NCBI GenBank assembly: GCA_048937405.1
Contig: JBHLNF010000013.1
Coordinates: 19,332-83,331, forward strand
Reading direction: 5' to 3'
DNA from: Promethearchaeota archaeon
GTDB lineage: Archaea; Asgardarchaeota; Lokiarchaeia; Sigyniarchaeales; SOKP01
DNA: 64,000 nt
Shown here: positions 51,180 to 60,665 of the stretch, one piece after another
Layout: every line of letters begins with the position of its first letter
Position numbering within the stretch: the stretch's first letter is position 1
Position numbers and translations under genes: made by a program
Notes under the pieces: model-generated
What the model was told of the DNA's origin: nothing
Databases searched by the model: none
The model's input: the letters and a program-made list of their open reading frames with translations, nothing else

Positions 51180-52271
51180 TTAGATCCCTGTCGCATTCTT
51201 TTTCTTTCGATTAATAACAATTATAATTGGTACCCCCACCATAATTCCTGTAACAACAATTATTCCAACTGTCCACTCTTTTGGGATATACACGTCCACA
51301 CCACTCATTGTATTATTATCTGGTATGGTACTATTATCTGGAATTGGATCTACTGGATCATTTGGATTTATCATATCTGAAATTTTTCCTTTTTCTATAA
51401 TTGTATAAGCAATATTGACACATAGCACCTCACAATAAATTGAGATATTAAAAACATAGGTACCTTCCACAGCAGTTCCGAAATCGAAGTATGTAAAATT
51501 GAAGTATTTGCTTTTTAATGTTTCATTTGGTAGACTGAAATTAGCATAAATTTTGTATTCAATATCTAATGAAGAAGTAATATTAAAATAAATTGAAGTA
51601 TTTTTTTGCCATGAATATGCAATTGGAGAATATCTGCCAAAGTAAAACCTATATAAATAATCTGATTTAAGGGTAATATTATGTTGTTTCTCGCATCCAT
51701 TTTTAAACTTATTAATCTGGTAAAATTCTTTATTTTTAAAATATTCTGGTGCCATAGCTTCTTCTAAGCACTTATCTTCGGTATTAACAACTTTAATATG
51801 AATATTGAGATTTTCTGTAATATGAGCCTGAAATTTTATTGTATAATTTCCAGTGAGTGCCACACCAAAATAAAGCCACCTCTCACCAAATTGTATTAAA
51901 AGACCCTCACTATCTAATGGGCGACTATCATAAATTGTATAATTATCTCCTTCAGGATCCTTTAAAGAGATATCCATATGACAAGAATGAGGAGTAACAA
52001 TTTTTACTGAGATGTAGTAGACATAAGGTTTAATAAAAGGAATATTATTGATAAAATTAACATAATCCTTAGATTTAGTAAAATTAAATACTTTATCGAC
52101 TAATATATTAGAATCTGAAGACATTTGAGGATTTATCTCAAGTTCTTTATTTTTAAATTTTTTACATTCTATTAGATTTGTACTAATTGGTATCAGCATA
52201 AAAGAACTAATTAATAAGATTATTGATAATAGCTTTATTATATATAATGAGTCCGATTTTTTAATATCCAT
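51180..52271 (-). CDS. Secreted/membrane-anchored beta-rich hypothetical protein
   Basis: N-terminal signal/TM, Pro/Asp linker, C-terminal TM + RKKK. Confidence 0.75.
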   Translation of the reverse strand: MDIKKSDSLYIIKLLSIILLISSFMLIPISTNLIECKKFKNKELEINPQMSSDSNILVDKVFNFTKSKDYVNFINNIPFIKPYVYYISVKIVTPHSCHMDISLKDPEGDNYTIYDSRPLDSEGLLIQFGERWLYFGVALTGNYTIKFQAHITENLNIHIKVVNTEDKCLEEAMAPEYFKNKEFYQINKFKNGCEKQHNITLKSDYLYRFYFGRYSPIAYSWQKNTSIYFNITSSLDIEYKIYANFSLPNETLKSKYFNFTYFDFGTAVEGTYVFNISIYCEVLCVNIAYTIIEKGKISDMINPNDPVDPIPDNSTIPDNNTMSGVDVYIPKEWTVGIIVVTGIMVGVPIIIVINRKKKNATGI

Positions 52272-52578
52272 ACACCTGCAAATCAGTAAATTCCGTTATT
52301 AATTCTTGAATTGTTTCACATTTATCATATTTGATACAGCTAAAACAAGGTTGATCAGTCCAGAAATATGCTTTATGATCCTTTTTCTCAATAATTAAAA
52401 TAGGAAATTTATTTCTTGGACAAATCAATGCTGAATTGTTAATTGATCCACGTTTTGGAAGACCATAAGAAAGACCACATATTTCACACTTGGCAAATCT
52501 TTTATAGTTATTAGTCTTAAAAATGGAGATTGTACAATCACAATTAGGACAAAGACCAATTTCATTGAGTTTTTTCAT
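52261..52578 (-). CDS. Multi-Zn-ribbon protein (topoisomerase C4-finger-like)
   Basis: IGLCPNC...RFAKCEIC..SYGLP.RG, CPRN, CFSC. Confidence 0.65.
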   Translation of the reverse strand: MKKLNEIGLCPNCDCTISIFKTNNYKRFAKCEICGLSYGLPKRGSINNSALICPRNKFPILIIEKKDHKAYFWTDQPCFSCIKYDKCETIQELITEFTDLQVYGY

Positions 52579-52689
52579 GTCTATTCAAATAGTTATCTCT
52601 TTTGAAATTAAGTAAAACAAGATTATTTAAAGAAAAAAATCCAATTTAGATTTTTTATTTATAAGCATAAGAATATAAAATAAAACAAT

Positions 52690-52908
52690 ATGATATTTGA
52701 TTATTTTGATGGAATAACTGAAGCAATAGAATTCATAATTGCCTTAGGTTCAATAATCGGATTGCTTGGTTTAATAATAGGTATTTTGGGATATGTATTG
52801 ATGGGAAGATTTATACGTTATAAAATGATAGGCGTGGTTATTGTATCCATTATACTTTTAAGTGTATGTGGCCTTTACACGGGAATAAAATATTTTAAGA
52901 TTTATTAA
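52690..52908 (+). CDS. Small two-TM protein, possibly VirB2/TrbC/CedA1-pilin-like
   Basis: 72 aa; two Gly-rich hydrophobic helices joined by a basic loop (GRFIRYK). Confidence 0.6.
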   Translation: MIFDYFDGITEAIEFIIALGSIIGLLGLIIGILGYVLMGRFIRYKMIGVVIVSIILLSVCGLYTGIKYFKIY

Positions 52909-53349
52909 AAAGAAAAAATTGAAAAAAATTATTAATAATATGTAAATTGAAAAGATAAGGCAGATTTTTCAAGTTTAGTAATCTAAATAAGTATATGGTA
53001 CAGTAAATAGAAAGATTATTGAAAATACGTTTATTATTACCCTTCATTGAAGATATTTCTGAATGTCAATTCTATACTCTTTTTCTTTTATCTATTTGCC
53101 TTAATATTAATACATTTATGATCAAGCCTCTTCAGTTATTTTTAAAGAAAAAAGCTCCAATACTTTAATACAGTTTTCTTTTAAATAGGAATGATTTATT
53201 TAATAGATCAATTAATAATTGAGAGAGTGATTAGAATTCCCATAATAAGTTCTATTATTATTTTAGTTTTAGAATGTGATGATAGTTTTATATATTTGGT
53301 ATCAATAATATTAATATCAATCCAATTATGTACATTTTTCTCTCTTAAG

Positions 53350-53580
53350 ATGCCCTCAGAATTTTATTGTCCTCGTTGTAAATCTGAAGAATATATTGAG
53401 TATGAAGATCATATAGAATGTTTGCAGTGTGGAATGGAATTTTCAAAAGAGTCTTTAGAAATGGATATTGATATTGAGGATATTGCTGCTGAAGAAGAAC
53501 TTCAAGGCTTTTTTGATGGATTTGATGAGGAAGAACGAAAGAAACTTGAAAAAATACTTAAAGAAGACAATTTCTCTTAA
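53350..53580 (+). CDS. TFIIB-type Zn-ribbon micro-protein with acidic tail
   Basis: MPSEFYCPRCKSEEYIEYEDHIECLQCG; the upstream extension in the track (53191) looks non-coding. Confidence 0.7.
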   Translation: MPSEFYCPRCKSEEYIEYEDHIECLQCGMEFSKESLEMDIDIEDIAAEEELQGFFDGFDEEERKKLEKILKEDNFS

Positions 53581-53794
53581 TTTTTGAGATTTTTATTACT
53601 TTTTTTGTTTAAATACTTCTAATTGATCCATTATTAATTCACAATGAAATAATAAACGTTGATTATGGAAGCTAAGAACTTAAATATTTTCAAAATGATT
53701 TTTTGGTTATATCATATGATTAGGGGATAGTAATCTAAACTAAAATTCCAAATCTTTTTTCTTTATATTTATTTATATCAGAGATAGTTCAATA

Positions 53795-54889
53795 ATGGGA
53801 GTAAAATTACAAAGCATTGTTATTCGAAAAGATATTAGTTATCAAGACTTATCTGGCAAAGTAATAGCAATAGATGCACCAAATATCATAATGGGCTTGT
53901 TTAATTTTGCCCGAAGGAATACCAATGGTTCAGATTCTTTTTTAATTTTAGATAGAACGCAAAGACCGATATCTCACTTATATGGGCTATTATATCGAAT
54001 AAATTTTTATTATTCAAAAAAAATTTTTCCCATCTTTTGTTTCGATGGAAAAGAATCTAAAATGAAAAGATATATTTCAAAAGATCAATTGAAAGATTTC
54101 ATTTTCACAAAAAAATGGTATGAGCAAGCATTAAAAGAAGGTGATAAGAAGTTAGCAAGACAGATTGCATTAAGTACAGAATACATGTGGCAGAATATAA
54201 TACAAGAATCCAAACATCTACTTGGAGCTTTGGGAGTTCCATATATTGAGTCACCTGCTTCAGCAGAATCTCAATGTGCTTATTTAACTAAAAAAGGAAT
54301 TGTTGATCTTTCTAACTCACAAGATTTTGATTCAATTTTATTTGGTTGTCCTTTTCTTATACAAAATCTTTCTAAATCTTTAAGAAGGAAAGTTCAAGGA
54401 CAATGGCAATATCAAAAAATACATCCATTACAAATAGATCTCCATAAAAATCTTGAAAATTTAAAAGTTACACTCTTTCAATTAATTGATGTTGGAATAT
54501 TAATAGGAACCGATTATTTCCCAGGAATAAAAGGTATTGGACCAAAAAAAGCACTTATACTCATGAGAAAATATAAAAATATTGAGACTTTAATTTTAAA
54601 AGAATATAATAATTATAACTTCCATGAATTGACCCCAAGTATTTTAAAAAGAGTAAGAAGTATCTTTATAATTCCTGATGTTCTTGATTCTTTAGACAAT
54701 TTACATTGGAACCTCCCAAACAAAGCCCGTATTATCTCGTTATTATGTAAAGAACATCATCTAGATAGAAATAGAGTAAACTCAAGTTTAATTAAATTTG
54801 AAAGAAATTATAAAATGTGTAGAGATTATTTTATTCTAAAGAAGAATTTTTTGAGATCAAAACAAGCTATCCTCGATAATTTATTATAA
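53795..54889 (+). CDS. Flap endonuclease 1 (FEN1/XPG) paralogue
   Basis: MGV.L, IAIDA.N, FDG, SAESQCAY, SQDFD..LFG, GTDYFPGIKGIGPKKA, degenerate PIP box KQAILDNLL. Confidence 0.88.
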   Translation: MGVKLQSIVIRKDISYQDLSGKVIAIDAPNIIMGLFNFARRNTNGSDSFLILDRTQRPISHLYGLLYRINFYYSKKIFPIFCFDGKESKMKRYISKDQLKDFIFTKKWYEQALKEGDKKLARQIALSTEYMWQNIIQESKHLLGALGVPYIESPASAESQCAYLTKKGIVDLSNSQDFDSILFGCPFLIQNLSKSLRRKVQGQWQYQKIHPLQIDLHKNLENLKVTLFQLIDVGILIGTDYFPGIKGIGPKKALILMRKYKNIETLILKEYNNYNFHELTPSILKRVRSIFIIPDVLDSLDNLHWNLPNKARIISLLCKEHHLDRNRVNSSLIKFERNYKMCRDYFILKKNFLRSKQAILDNLL

Positions 54890-55146
54890 TATAACTTATT
54901 GTTTGTTTTTTTAGAATAAACAAATAATTACTTTTAATTTAGTAATAAATCAACTTTTTAGAATTGAAAACACATCCCTTTATTGAATTGGATAAGCAGT
55001 GAAAATAGAAATAAAAAAATGTCAATTCATAGATTAATATTTACTCATTCCTTCTTAAAGAAAAAATAAGGATTAAAAACCACATTTTTTATTTAAATAC
55101 ATATGATTTATCGAAGTTTAAAGAAAAATGATTAAAGTTAAACACA

Positions 55147-55761
55147 ATGGCTCAAATACAAAAAAAACAATTTATCGATGTTAGAAATGGATCTGATTAC
55201 TATAACAAGTTCTACAAATCTCAAAATAATCTTAAATCTATTATTTTGAATTATATATTTCGAAATATTGCGTTTGTAACAAATCAAGACAAGATTAGAG
55301 CATTGACCACTTCTGATTATGAAAATATTACTGAACATACAAATATCCCAATTAAAATTATTCATAAGTTTACAAGCTGTTTTTTAATCGATTTAATCAA
55401 GTTTAAAAGATTTGTAAAAAAAAATCCACAAATCTTGAATTCAAAGAGACAGACACGAATAGTACGTATATATCTGCATAAATTTTATCGATTAGCTCCC
55501 GTATTTAATTTTAAAAGAGCAAGAGAAAATGCCAGAATTTTGCGAATTAAACTTGATAAATTATTTTTTTGGCCTCAAATTATGACACAAATAGCTATTA
55601 TTATATTTATTACTGACTTGCTTGATAAGAATTTTTCCCAGAAACTAATCCAAACTAATTTAAGAGCACTCTGTAACTGTTCTGCTTATGCTTTTCATAG
55701 AACTCGTAATAAAATTGGCTTTACATCAAATTACATTAAGGATTTACTTATTTTAAAATAA
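55147..55761 (+). CDS. Basic protein with a TFB C-terminal cyclin/HTH-like repeat
   Basis: WPQIMTQIAIIIFIT...LIQTNLRALCNCSAYAFHRTRNKI resembles the TFB repeat-2 pattern P..iAa..iy....tq..ia....s..ti..r. Confidence 0.5.
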   Translation: MAQIQKKQFIDVRNGSDYYNKFYKSQNNLKSIILNYIFRNIAFVTNQDKIRALTTSDYENITEHTNIPIKIIHKFTSCFLIDLIKFKRFVKKNPQILNSKRQTRIVRIYLHKFYRLAPVFNFKRARENARILRIKLDKLFFWPQIMTQIAIIIFITDLLDKNFSQKLIQTNLRALCNCSAYAFHRTRNKIGFTSNYIKDLLILK

Positions 55762-55762
55762 A

Positions 55763-56680
55763 ATGACAGAAAGAGCAGAAAAAGTATATCAAGCATTAAT
55801 GGAATTAGGATTGAGTGAAGAGGATTTAAATTCCAAAATTAATGAGAAAATAATGGAATATAAAGGATATATGACAAAAGAAGGCGCTATTTATTTGATT
55901 GGAAAAGAGAATGGAATTGACTTATACTCTTCTGATCAAAACATCCAAAATGAAATAAATGAACTTATTGATTATAATGATTTTGCAATTAATATCTCTG
56001 ATGTGATTGAAGGAATGCAAAATATAGTTATAGAAGGGAGAATTACTGATATTTTTGGATTAAAAAATTTTACCAAAAAGGATAATACTTCTGGAATTGT
56101 TGGCTCATTTCAAATTTGTGACATATCAAACTGTATTAAAATTGTATTATGGAATGAACAAGTCAAAAGTATGGAAAATGAATGTTTTAAAAAAGGAGAG
56201 ATTATTCAAGTTATTGGAGGGTATTCTAAAAAGGGAATTGATGATGATCTTGAAATTCACTTAAGTAGAAAAGGAAAATTAGTATTAGCACCCCAGGGAG
56301 TAAGATTACCCGACAAAATGACTCAAAGAAATTCCAAAATAATTAATAAAGAAAATGCTATAAGTTCTCAGGCTCTTACAATTGATCAACTATATAAAAA
56401 AGAAGGTTTTATAAAATCTGTAAAGGGAATTATACAAATTGATGAGTTAAAGGAATTCACGTTAAAGAATGGAGAGAAATCTTTTCTTCTTAAATTAATT
56501 CTAAATGATGAAACAGCATCCATTCGAATAAATATTTGGGGTATAAAAGCAATTGAGTGTATTAAATTAGTTAATGAAGGTGATAATGTCAAAATATCCA
56601 ACGTATTATTAAAACAAAATTCCTTTTCTAATGAAAAAGAACTTAATTTTACAAAAAGCTCAAGATTAGAAGTGATTTAA
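55763..56680 (+). CDS. Replication protein A / SSB with two OB folds
   Basis: YKGYMTKEGAIYLI N-terminal domain; F.KKD..G.V.SF.I.D....IKIVLW; second OB L.DETASIRINIWG. Confidence 0.88.
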   Translation: MTERAEKVYQALMELGLSEEDLNSKINEKIMEYKGYMTKEGAIYLIGKENGIDLYSSDQNIQNEINELIDYNDFAINISDVIEGMQNIVIEGRITDIFGLKNFTKKDNTSGIVGSFQICDISNCIKIVLWNEQVKSMENECFKKGEIIQVIGGYSKKGIDDDLEIHLSRKGKLVLAPQGVRLPDKMTQRNSKIINKENAISSQALTIDQLYKKEGFIKSVKGIIQIDELKEFTLKNGEKSFLLKLILNDETASIRINIWGIKAIECIKLVNEGDNVKISNVLLKQNSFSNEKELNFTKSSRLEVI

Positions 56681-56754
56681 TACAATCCACAAATTTTTTC
56701 TTTAAATATTCCTCATATATTCTTCTTTTAAAAATAATTTACTAAAGAGATAAA

Positions 56755-57303
56755 ATGATAAATCATATACCAAAAATTTTATATCAAAACAAGATTACCG
56801 AAATTCTCGATGATGTAAGATATCATTATGGAAAATTAACTCGAAAGGGATATATTTATGGTTTAATTGCAATAGATCAGGACGCTAAAATTATTGCTAT
56901 TGACTCTCGTTTCGATAGAAGGTTGAATTATTGGGATTTAAGCTCAATCGGCGCAGCATTATACGGAGTTGCTCGTCAAGGTCAAGATTTTTTTGAAACG
57001 GAATCTTTGGAAAGAGCAACAATTATCTATAGTGATATGAGATTATTTGTAAAATCGATTGGAAATGTTGAACTCCAGAAAAAAGGAAAAAGGGATATAT
57101 TGATAGTTCTTTTAACAGACAATGACGTTAATCTAGGAGTAATGATTCTCCAAATGAGTAAGTTTGCTCAAAAAATAAGAGAAGAAATTGAAAAAGATGA
57201 ACATATGAAACATGTTTTAAAAATGCCAGAGAAAGATATAAAGGAGCATATCAAAGAGTTAAAGAAAGAAATATTCAAGGATAAAATAGGGATAATCTCT
57301 TAA
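56755..57303 (+). CDS. Roadblock/LC7 (MglB-like) protein
   Basis: GLIAIDQDAKIIA, LSSIGAALYGVA, VNLGVM; adjacent to a GTPase gene. Confidence 0.75.
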   Translation: MINHIPKILYQNKITEILDDVRYHYGKLTRKGYIYGLIAIDQDAKIIAIDSRFDRRLNYWDLSSIGAALYGVARQGQDFFETESLERATIIYSDMRLFVKSIGNVELQKKGKRDILIVLLTDNDVNLGVMILQMSKFAQKIREEIEKDEHMKHVLKMPEKDIKEHIKELKKEIFKDKIGIIS

Positions 57304-57326
57304 TTCTTTTTCTATTAGGTGATAAT

Positions 57327-57980
57327 ATGGAATTAGAACAACGAGATTTAAATAAGGCAAGAGTAGAAGTAAGTGAAGATTTCGATTTTAATGATTCAGA
57401 AAATATGCTTCAATTTAAAATTGTGTATTGGGGTCCAGGTGAGAGTGGAAAAACCACAAATTTTTTTCGATTACGAGAGAAATTTGACTTACTCAAACTT
57501 ACTCATGGCTATTCAATAGAAACTACTGAAGGGAGAACACTCTGGGAAGATTCTTTATACCTGTTGTTCAAGTTTACAATGTACGACATCAAATTTAATA
57601 TCATTTGTCATGTTGTAACATGTACTGGTCAAGAACGTTTTCTTTCTACTCGAGAATATGTGTTAGACGGAGCAGATGGTGTTCTTTTCATAGGGGATTC
57701 AGATCCCGAGAAATTAGAACAGAATAAAAGAAGTTTCCGTGAATTAATAAGTTTTGCAAAACCTAAGGGGATTCCTTACTTGATTCAATTGAATAAAAGA
57801 GATTTGAAAAATGCAATTCAAATTAAAGATTTTAAAATTCATTTAGGACTTCCTTTACAAGAAAAATATCCTGATGGTACATATATCGTTTACCCCGCAG
57901 AAGCATTACAAGGGAAGAATGTAATCCAATGTTTTCAAGATTTAATACTTCAAGTAATTTTTAATTACTTCAAGGAATAA
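57327..57980 (+). CDS. MglA-like small GTPase
   Basis: KIVYWGPGESGKTTN, GRTL, TCTGQERF...R..VLDGADG, NKRD, EA. Confidence 0.9.
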   Translation: MELEQRDLNKARVEVSEDFDFNDSENMLQFKIVYWGPGESGKTTNFFRLREKFDLLKLTHGYSIETTEGRTLWEDSLYLLFKFTMYDIKFNIICHVVTCTGQERFLSTREYVLDGADGVLFIGDSDPEKLEQNKRSFRELISFAKPKGIPYLIQLNKRDLKNAIQIKDFKIHLGLPLQEKYPDGTYIVYPAEALQGKNVIQCFQDLILQVIFNYFKE

Positions 57981-58008
57981 TAAATCAATATTTTATTAAG
58001 GTGGCTCA

Positions 58009-59616
58009 ATGGATACAAGTTCAGATTTCATTAGACCGGAATTTCTTAATATCTTATTCTTTCAACAAAAAAATTTAGTTATATTTCCGTATATTGATCT
58101 AAAACATCTTCATACATTAGAGATTTATACTGTAGGATATAATATAATCGACCTTGAATCTACAGCACTTAATAATTTAAAAGAAATTATTGAGTTTGAG
58201 TCTACTAATTCATATTCTCAAAATCCTACACTCTATTTTATTTATAATGTTGATCGTAAAAACGTGAAGGAATTAATGGAGTTAAATGGAATCAGGTGTG
58301 TCATTAATTCAAATGAAAATATCAGTGATTTAATCAATGGAACTAAGTTTATTTTTTTTAATAAGAAAAATAATCAATTTCTTAATTATGAAAATGATAA
58401 TTCAGAGTTAGAATTTGAAAATCATCTAATATCAGCTTCCCAAGATGAGGAGATTTTATTGGAAAAAATTCATGAAATTAAAATGGCAGCAAGTAGGATA
58501 TTTCGTGAATTGAATCAAAAAAACAACTTAGATAGACTTTCTGATATTCTACAAGAGTTTGATCAGAAATATTGGGATCCTATTTTACAATTTACACGTC
58601 TTTATTACGATATAAATATCCCAAATATCTCCAAGATTAAATCCAAAAAACAAAAGATCTTAAAAGACTTCTCAAAAGAATATGAATTACTTATTTCTAA
58701 TAATAAACCGATTGGAAAAGAGTTTATTCAGTTGCTTCATGAATATCGAAGTAAAAAAGTAAATCCACATCATTTAAAATTAGAGGAATTATACAATCCA
58801 TTAAAATTATATAACTATTTAAGAAATCATCATTGGAAAAACGGAATTCCAAAAGATTTTATCTCTGAATGGATTCAGATGAAAATATCTGGTTATAAAT
58901 TCAACGAGTCAGACCAAGAAGATTTTAAAATAATTCTAAAGATGTTAGAATTATATCCAGATTCTTCTTTATTAGACCATAAAAATCCATTATCTTCTCT
59001 TGAATCAAAAAAACACAGTAAAATTATTCCTTCACTTTATAATGAGTGGGATAAATTTAAATTGTGGTTGGTTCGTTGCATCAATGACATTGAAGCGATA
59101 TTAGAAAAAAATAATACATTTCCAGAGGATCAATCATATCTGATGAAAAATTTTCTGGAAATTATTAATCTTATAACAATTAAACCTCCTTTTAAAAGTA
59201 AAGAAAGAGAATTTAATAATAATCTTCTTTTAGTAGATATTTCTAATCTATTAAACATGGATAAAGATGAAAATGATAAGATAAAGGTTAATAATATTCA
59301 AAAAGTGAGGGATGTCATAATATCTATAGGTTATACACCAAGAATGATTGCGGATGCTTCTATGAGACATCACATCGATGATGACGATAAATATAAAGAA
59401 TTTATTGAGAAAAAAATTATACTTCAAGCACCTGCTGGAACAGAAGCAGATGAATATATATTAGAGATTGCTAAAGTAGAGAAATCTAGATTTCTTACTA
59501 ATGATATGTTTGAAAAATATTGGAAAGAATTTGGAAAAGATTGGATTTTTCAAAATCGCTTAACTTGTTTGTTTTTTAATGGGAAATTTATCATTCGCAA
59601 CAATATAAAGAGATGA
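58009..59616 (+). CDS. Protein with C-terminal Zc3h12a/Regnase-like NYN (PIN-fold) ribonuclease domain
   Basis: LLVDISN, ADAS.RH.ID, APAGTEADEYIL, FLTNDMF. Confidence 0.8.
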   Translation: MDTSSDFIRPEFLNILFFQQKNLVIFPYIDLKHLHTLEIYTVGYNIIDLESTALNNLKEIIEFESTNSYSQNPTLYFIYNVDRKNVKELMELNGIRCVINSNENISDLINGTKFIFFNKKNNQFLNYENDNSELEFENHLISASQDEEILLEKIHEIKMAASRIFRELNQKNNLDRLSDILQEFDQKYWDPILQFTRLYYDINIPNISKIKSKKQKILKDFSKEYELLISNNKPIGKEFIQLLHEYRSKKVNPHHLKLEELYNPLKLYNYLRNHHWKNGIPKDFISEWIQMKISGYKFNESDQEDFKIILKMLELYPDSSLLDHKNPLSSLESKKHSKIIPSLYNEWDKFKLWLVRCINDIEAILEKNNTFPEDQSYLMKNFLEIINLITIKPPFKSKEREFNNNLLLVDISNLLNMDKDENDKIKVNNIQKVRDVIISIGYTPRMIADASMRHHIDDDDKYKEFIEKKIILQAPAGTEADEYILEIAKVEKSRFLTNDMFEKYWKEFGKDWIFQNRLTCLFFNGKFIIRNNIKR

Positions 59617-59740
59617 ATAATACATTGGAGAATAATTAATGTTCTATCTCTTGATTGTTATCATATTTAAGTTTGAAATAATTTAAAAGATTAATATATT
59701 TATTACCTCTTATATAAAAGTCATTTTTTTTTTACATACT

Positions 59741-60586
59741 ATGATAATTTGGATATTAGATGCCGAATCTGGAGTTAAATTGCTATACAGATCCTTTTTG
59801 AAAACAGATGCAGATGAGGATATAGTGTCTGGATTTTTAACAGCGTTTCATCATTTCTCTATGGTAGAATTTAAAGAATCATTAGATTCTATAGAAATGG
59901 GTGGTCTAAGGTGGGTTTATATCCTAGAAGAAAAATTAAAATTACTTTTTGTTGCTGCTGATACAAAACATACGAAGACAGAAATCCTTCTAGGGCGATT
60001 AAATGTAATTAAAAATGCATTTGTAAAAGAATTTACACCTGTTTGGGAAAAAAAAGGTTATAATTGGGACGGAGATATTAACATTTTTTTACCATTTCTT
60101 AATGAGATTGAAGACTACTATGATCAATGGGGAGAAGTAGAAAATTTAGCTCAGATGGCTGATTTTTTTGATATTTTAGGTATCTTTCAAAAAATTTTAA
60201 TTATGCTACGAAATGTTATAGAAAAAAAAATGTATTCCAAATCAAAGATTTTTATACTTAATAAAATAGAAGAGAAATTCAATACATTAAAAAATCAAAA
60301 AGATTCTAAAAATAAAACAGAGTTAAAGAATATTACTTTCAGTAAAGATACTTGGTTTAACATTAAAGATATCGATTTGATCAAAAGTGATACTAATTTA
60401 GTCTTTAAAAATTTAAAAACTATTCTTTCGGATATTATAAATATTTTAAAAGAAGTAAAGGGAAATAATGCGTGTTTCAAATATTTTAGTGAGGAACAAA
60501 TATATGCCTATCTTTTCAACAATATGAGATTATTAAAAGATTTAAAATTAGATACATTTTTATTAGAACTATTTCTTTTACTTTAA
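59741..60586 (+). CDS. Asgard longin-like domain protein, paralogue of 13582..14427
   Basis: IWILDAESGVKL..DIVSGFLTA...F..SIEMGGLRWVY..FFDILGIFQ. Confidence 0.7.
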   Translation: MIIWILDAESGVKLLYRSFLKTDADEDIVSGFLTAFHHFSMVEFKESLDSIEMGGLRWVYILEEKLKLLFVAADTKHTKTEILLGRLNVIKNAFVKEFTPVWEKKGYNWDGDINIFLPFLNEIEDYYDQWGEVENLAQMADFFDILGIFQKILIMLRNVIEKKMYSKSKIFILNKIEEKFNTLKNQKDSKNKTELKNITFSKDTWFNIKDIDLIKSDTNLVFKNLKTILSDIINILKEVKGNNACFKYFSEEQIYAYLFNNMRLLKDLKLDTFLLELFLLL

Positions 60587-60665
60587 AAAAGTAGTATTAT
60601 CTTTAAGCCATTAGAACTCTTATACTATTTTAATAATTATACTATTGTATGATTAAGTTAAGGAC

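Noticed and set aside
53191-53349. N-terminal extension of the tracked 53191..53580 ORF
   Set aside because: Ile-rich translation of AT-rich intergenic DNA; the Zn-ribbon protein more plausibly starts at ATG 53350.
1245-60480. Many short tracked ORFs overlapping longer genes (e.g. 1245..1475, 3971..4240, 9729..10046, 14566..14925, 22324..22542, 37249..37437, 40459..40692, 55138..55365, 60295..60480)
   Set aside because: Antisense or off-frame shadows of well-supported genes, with no recognisable motifs.
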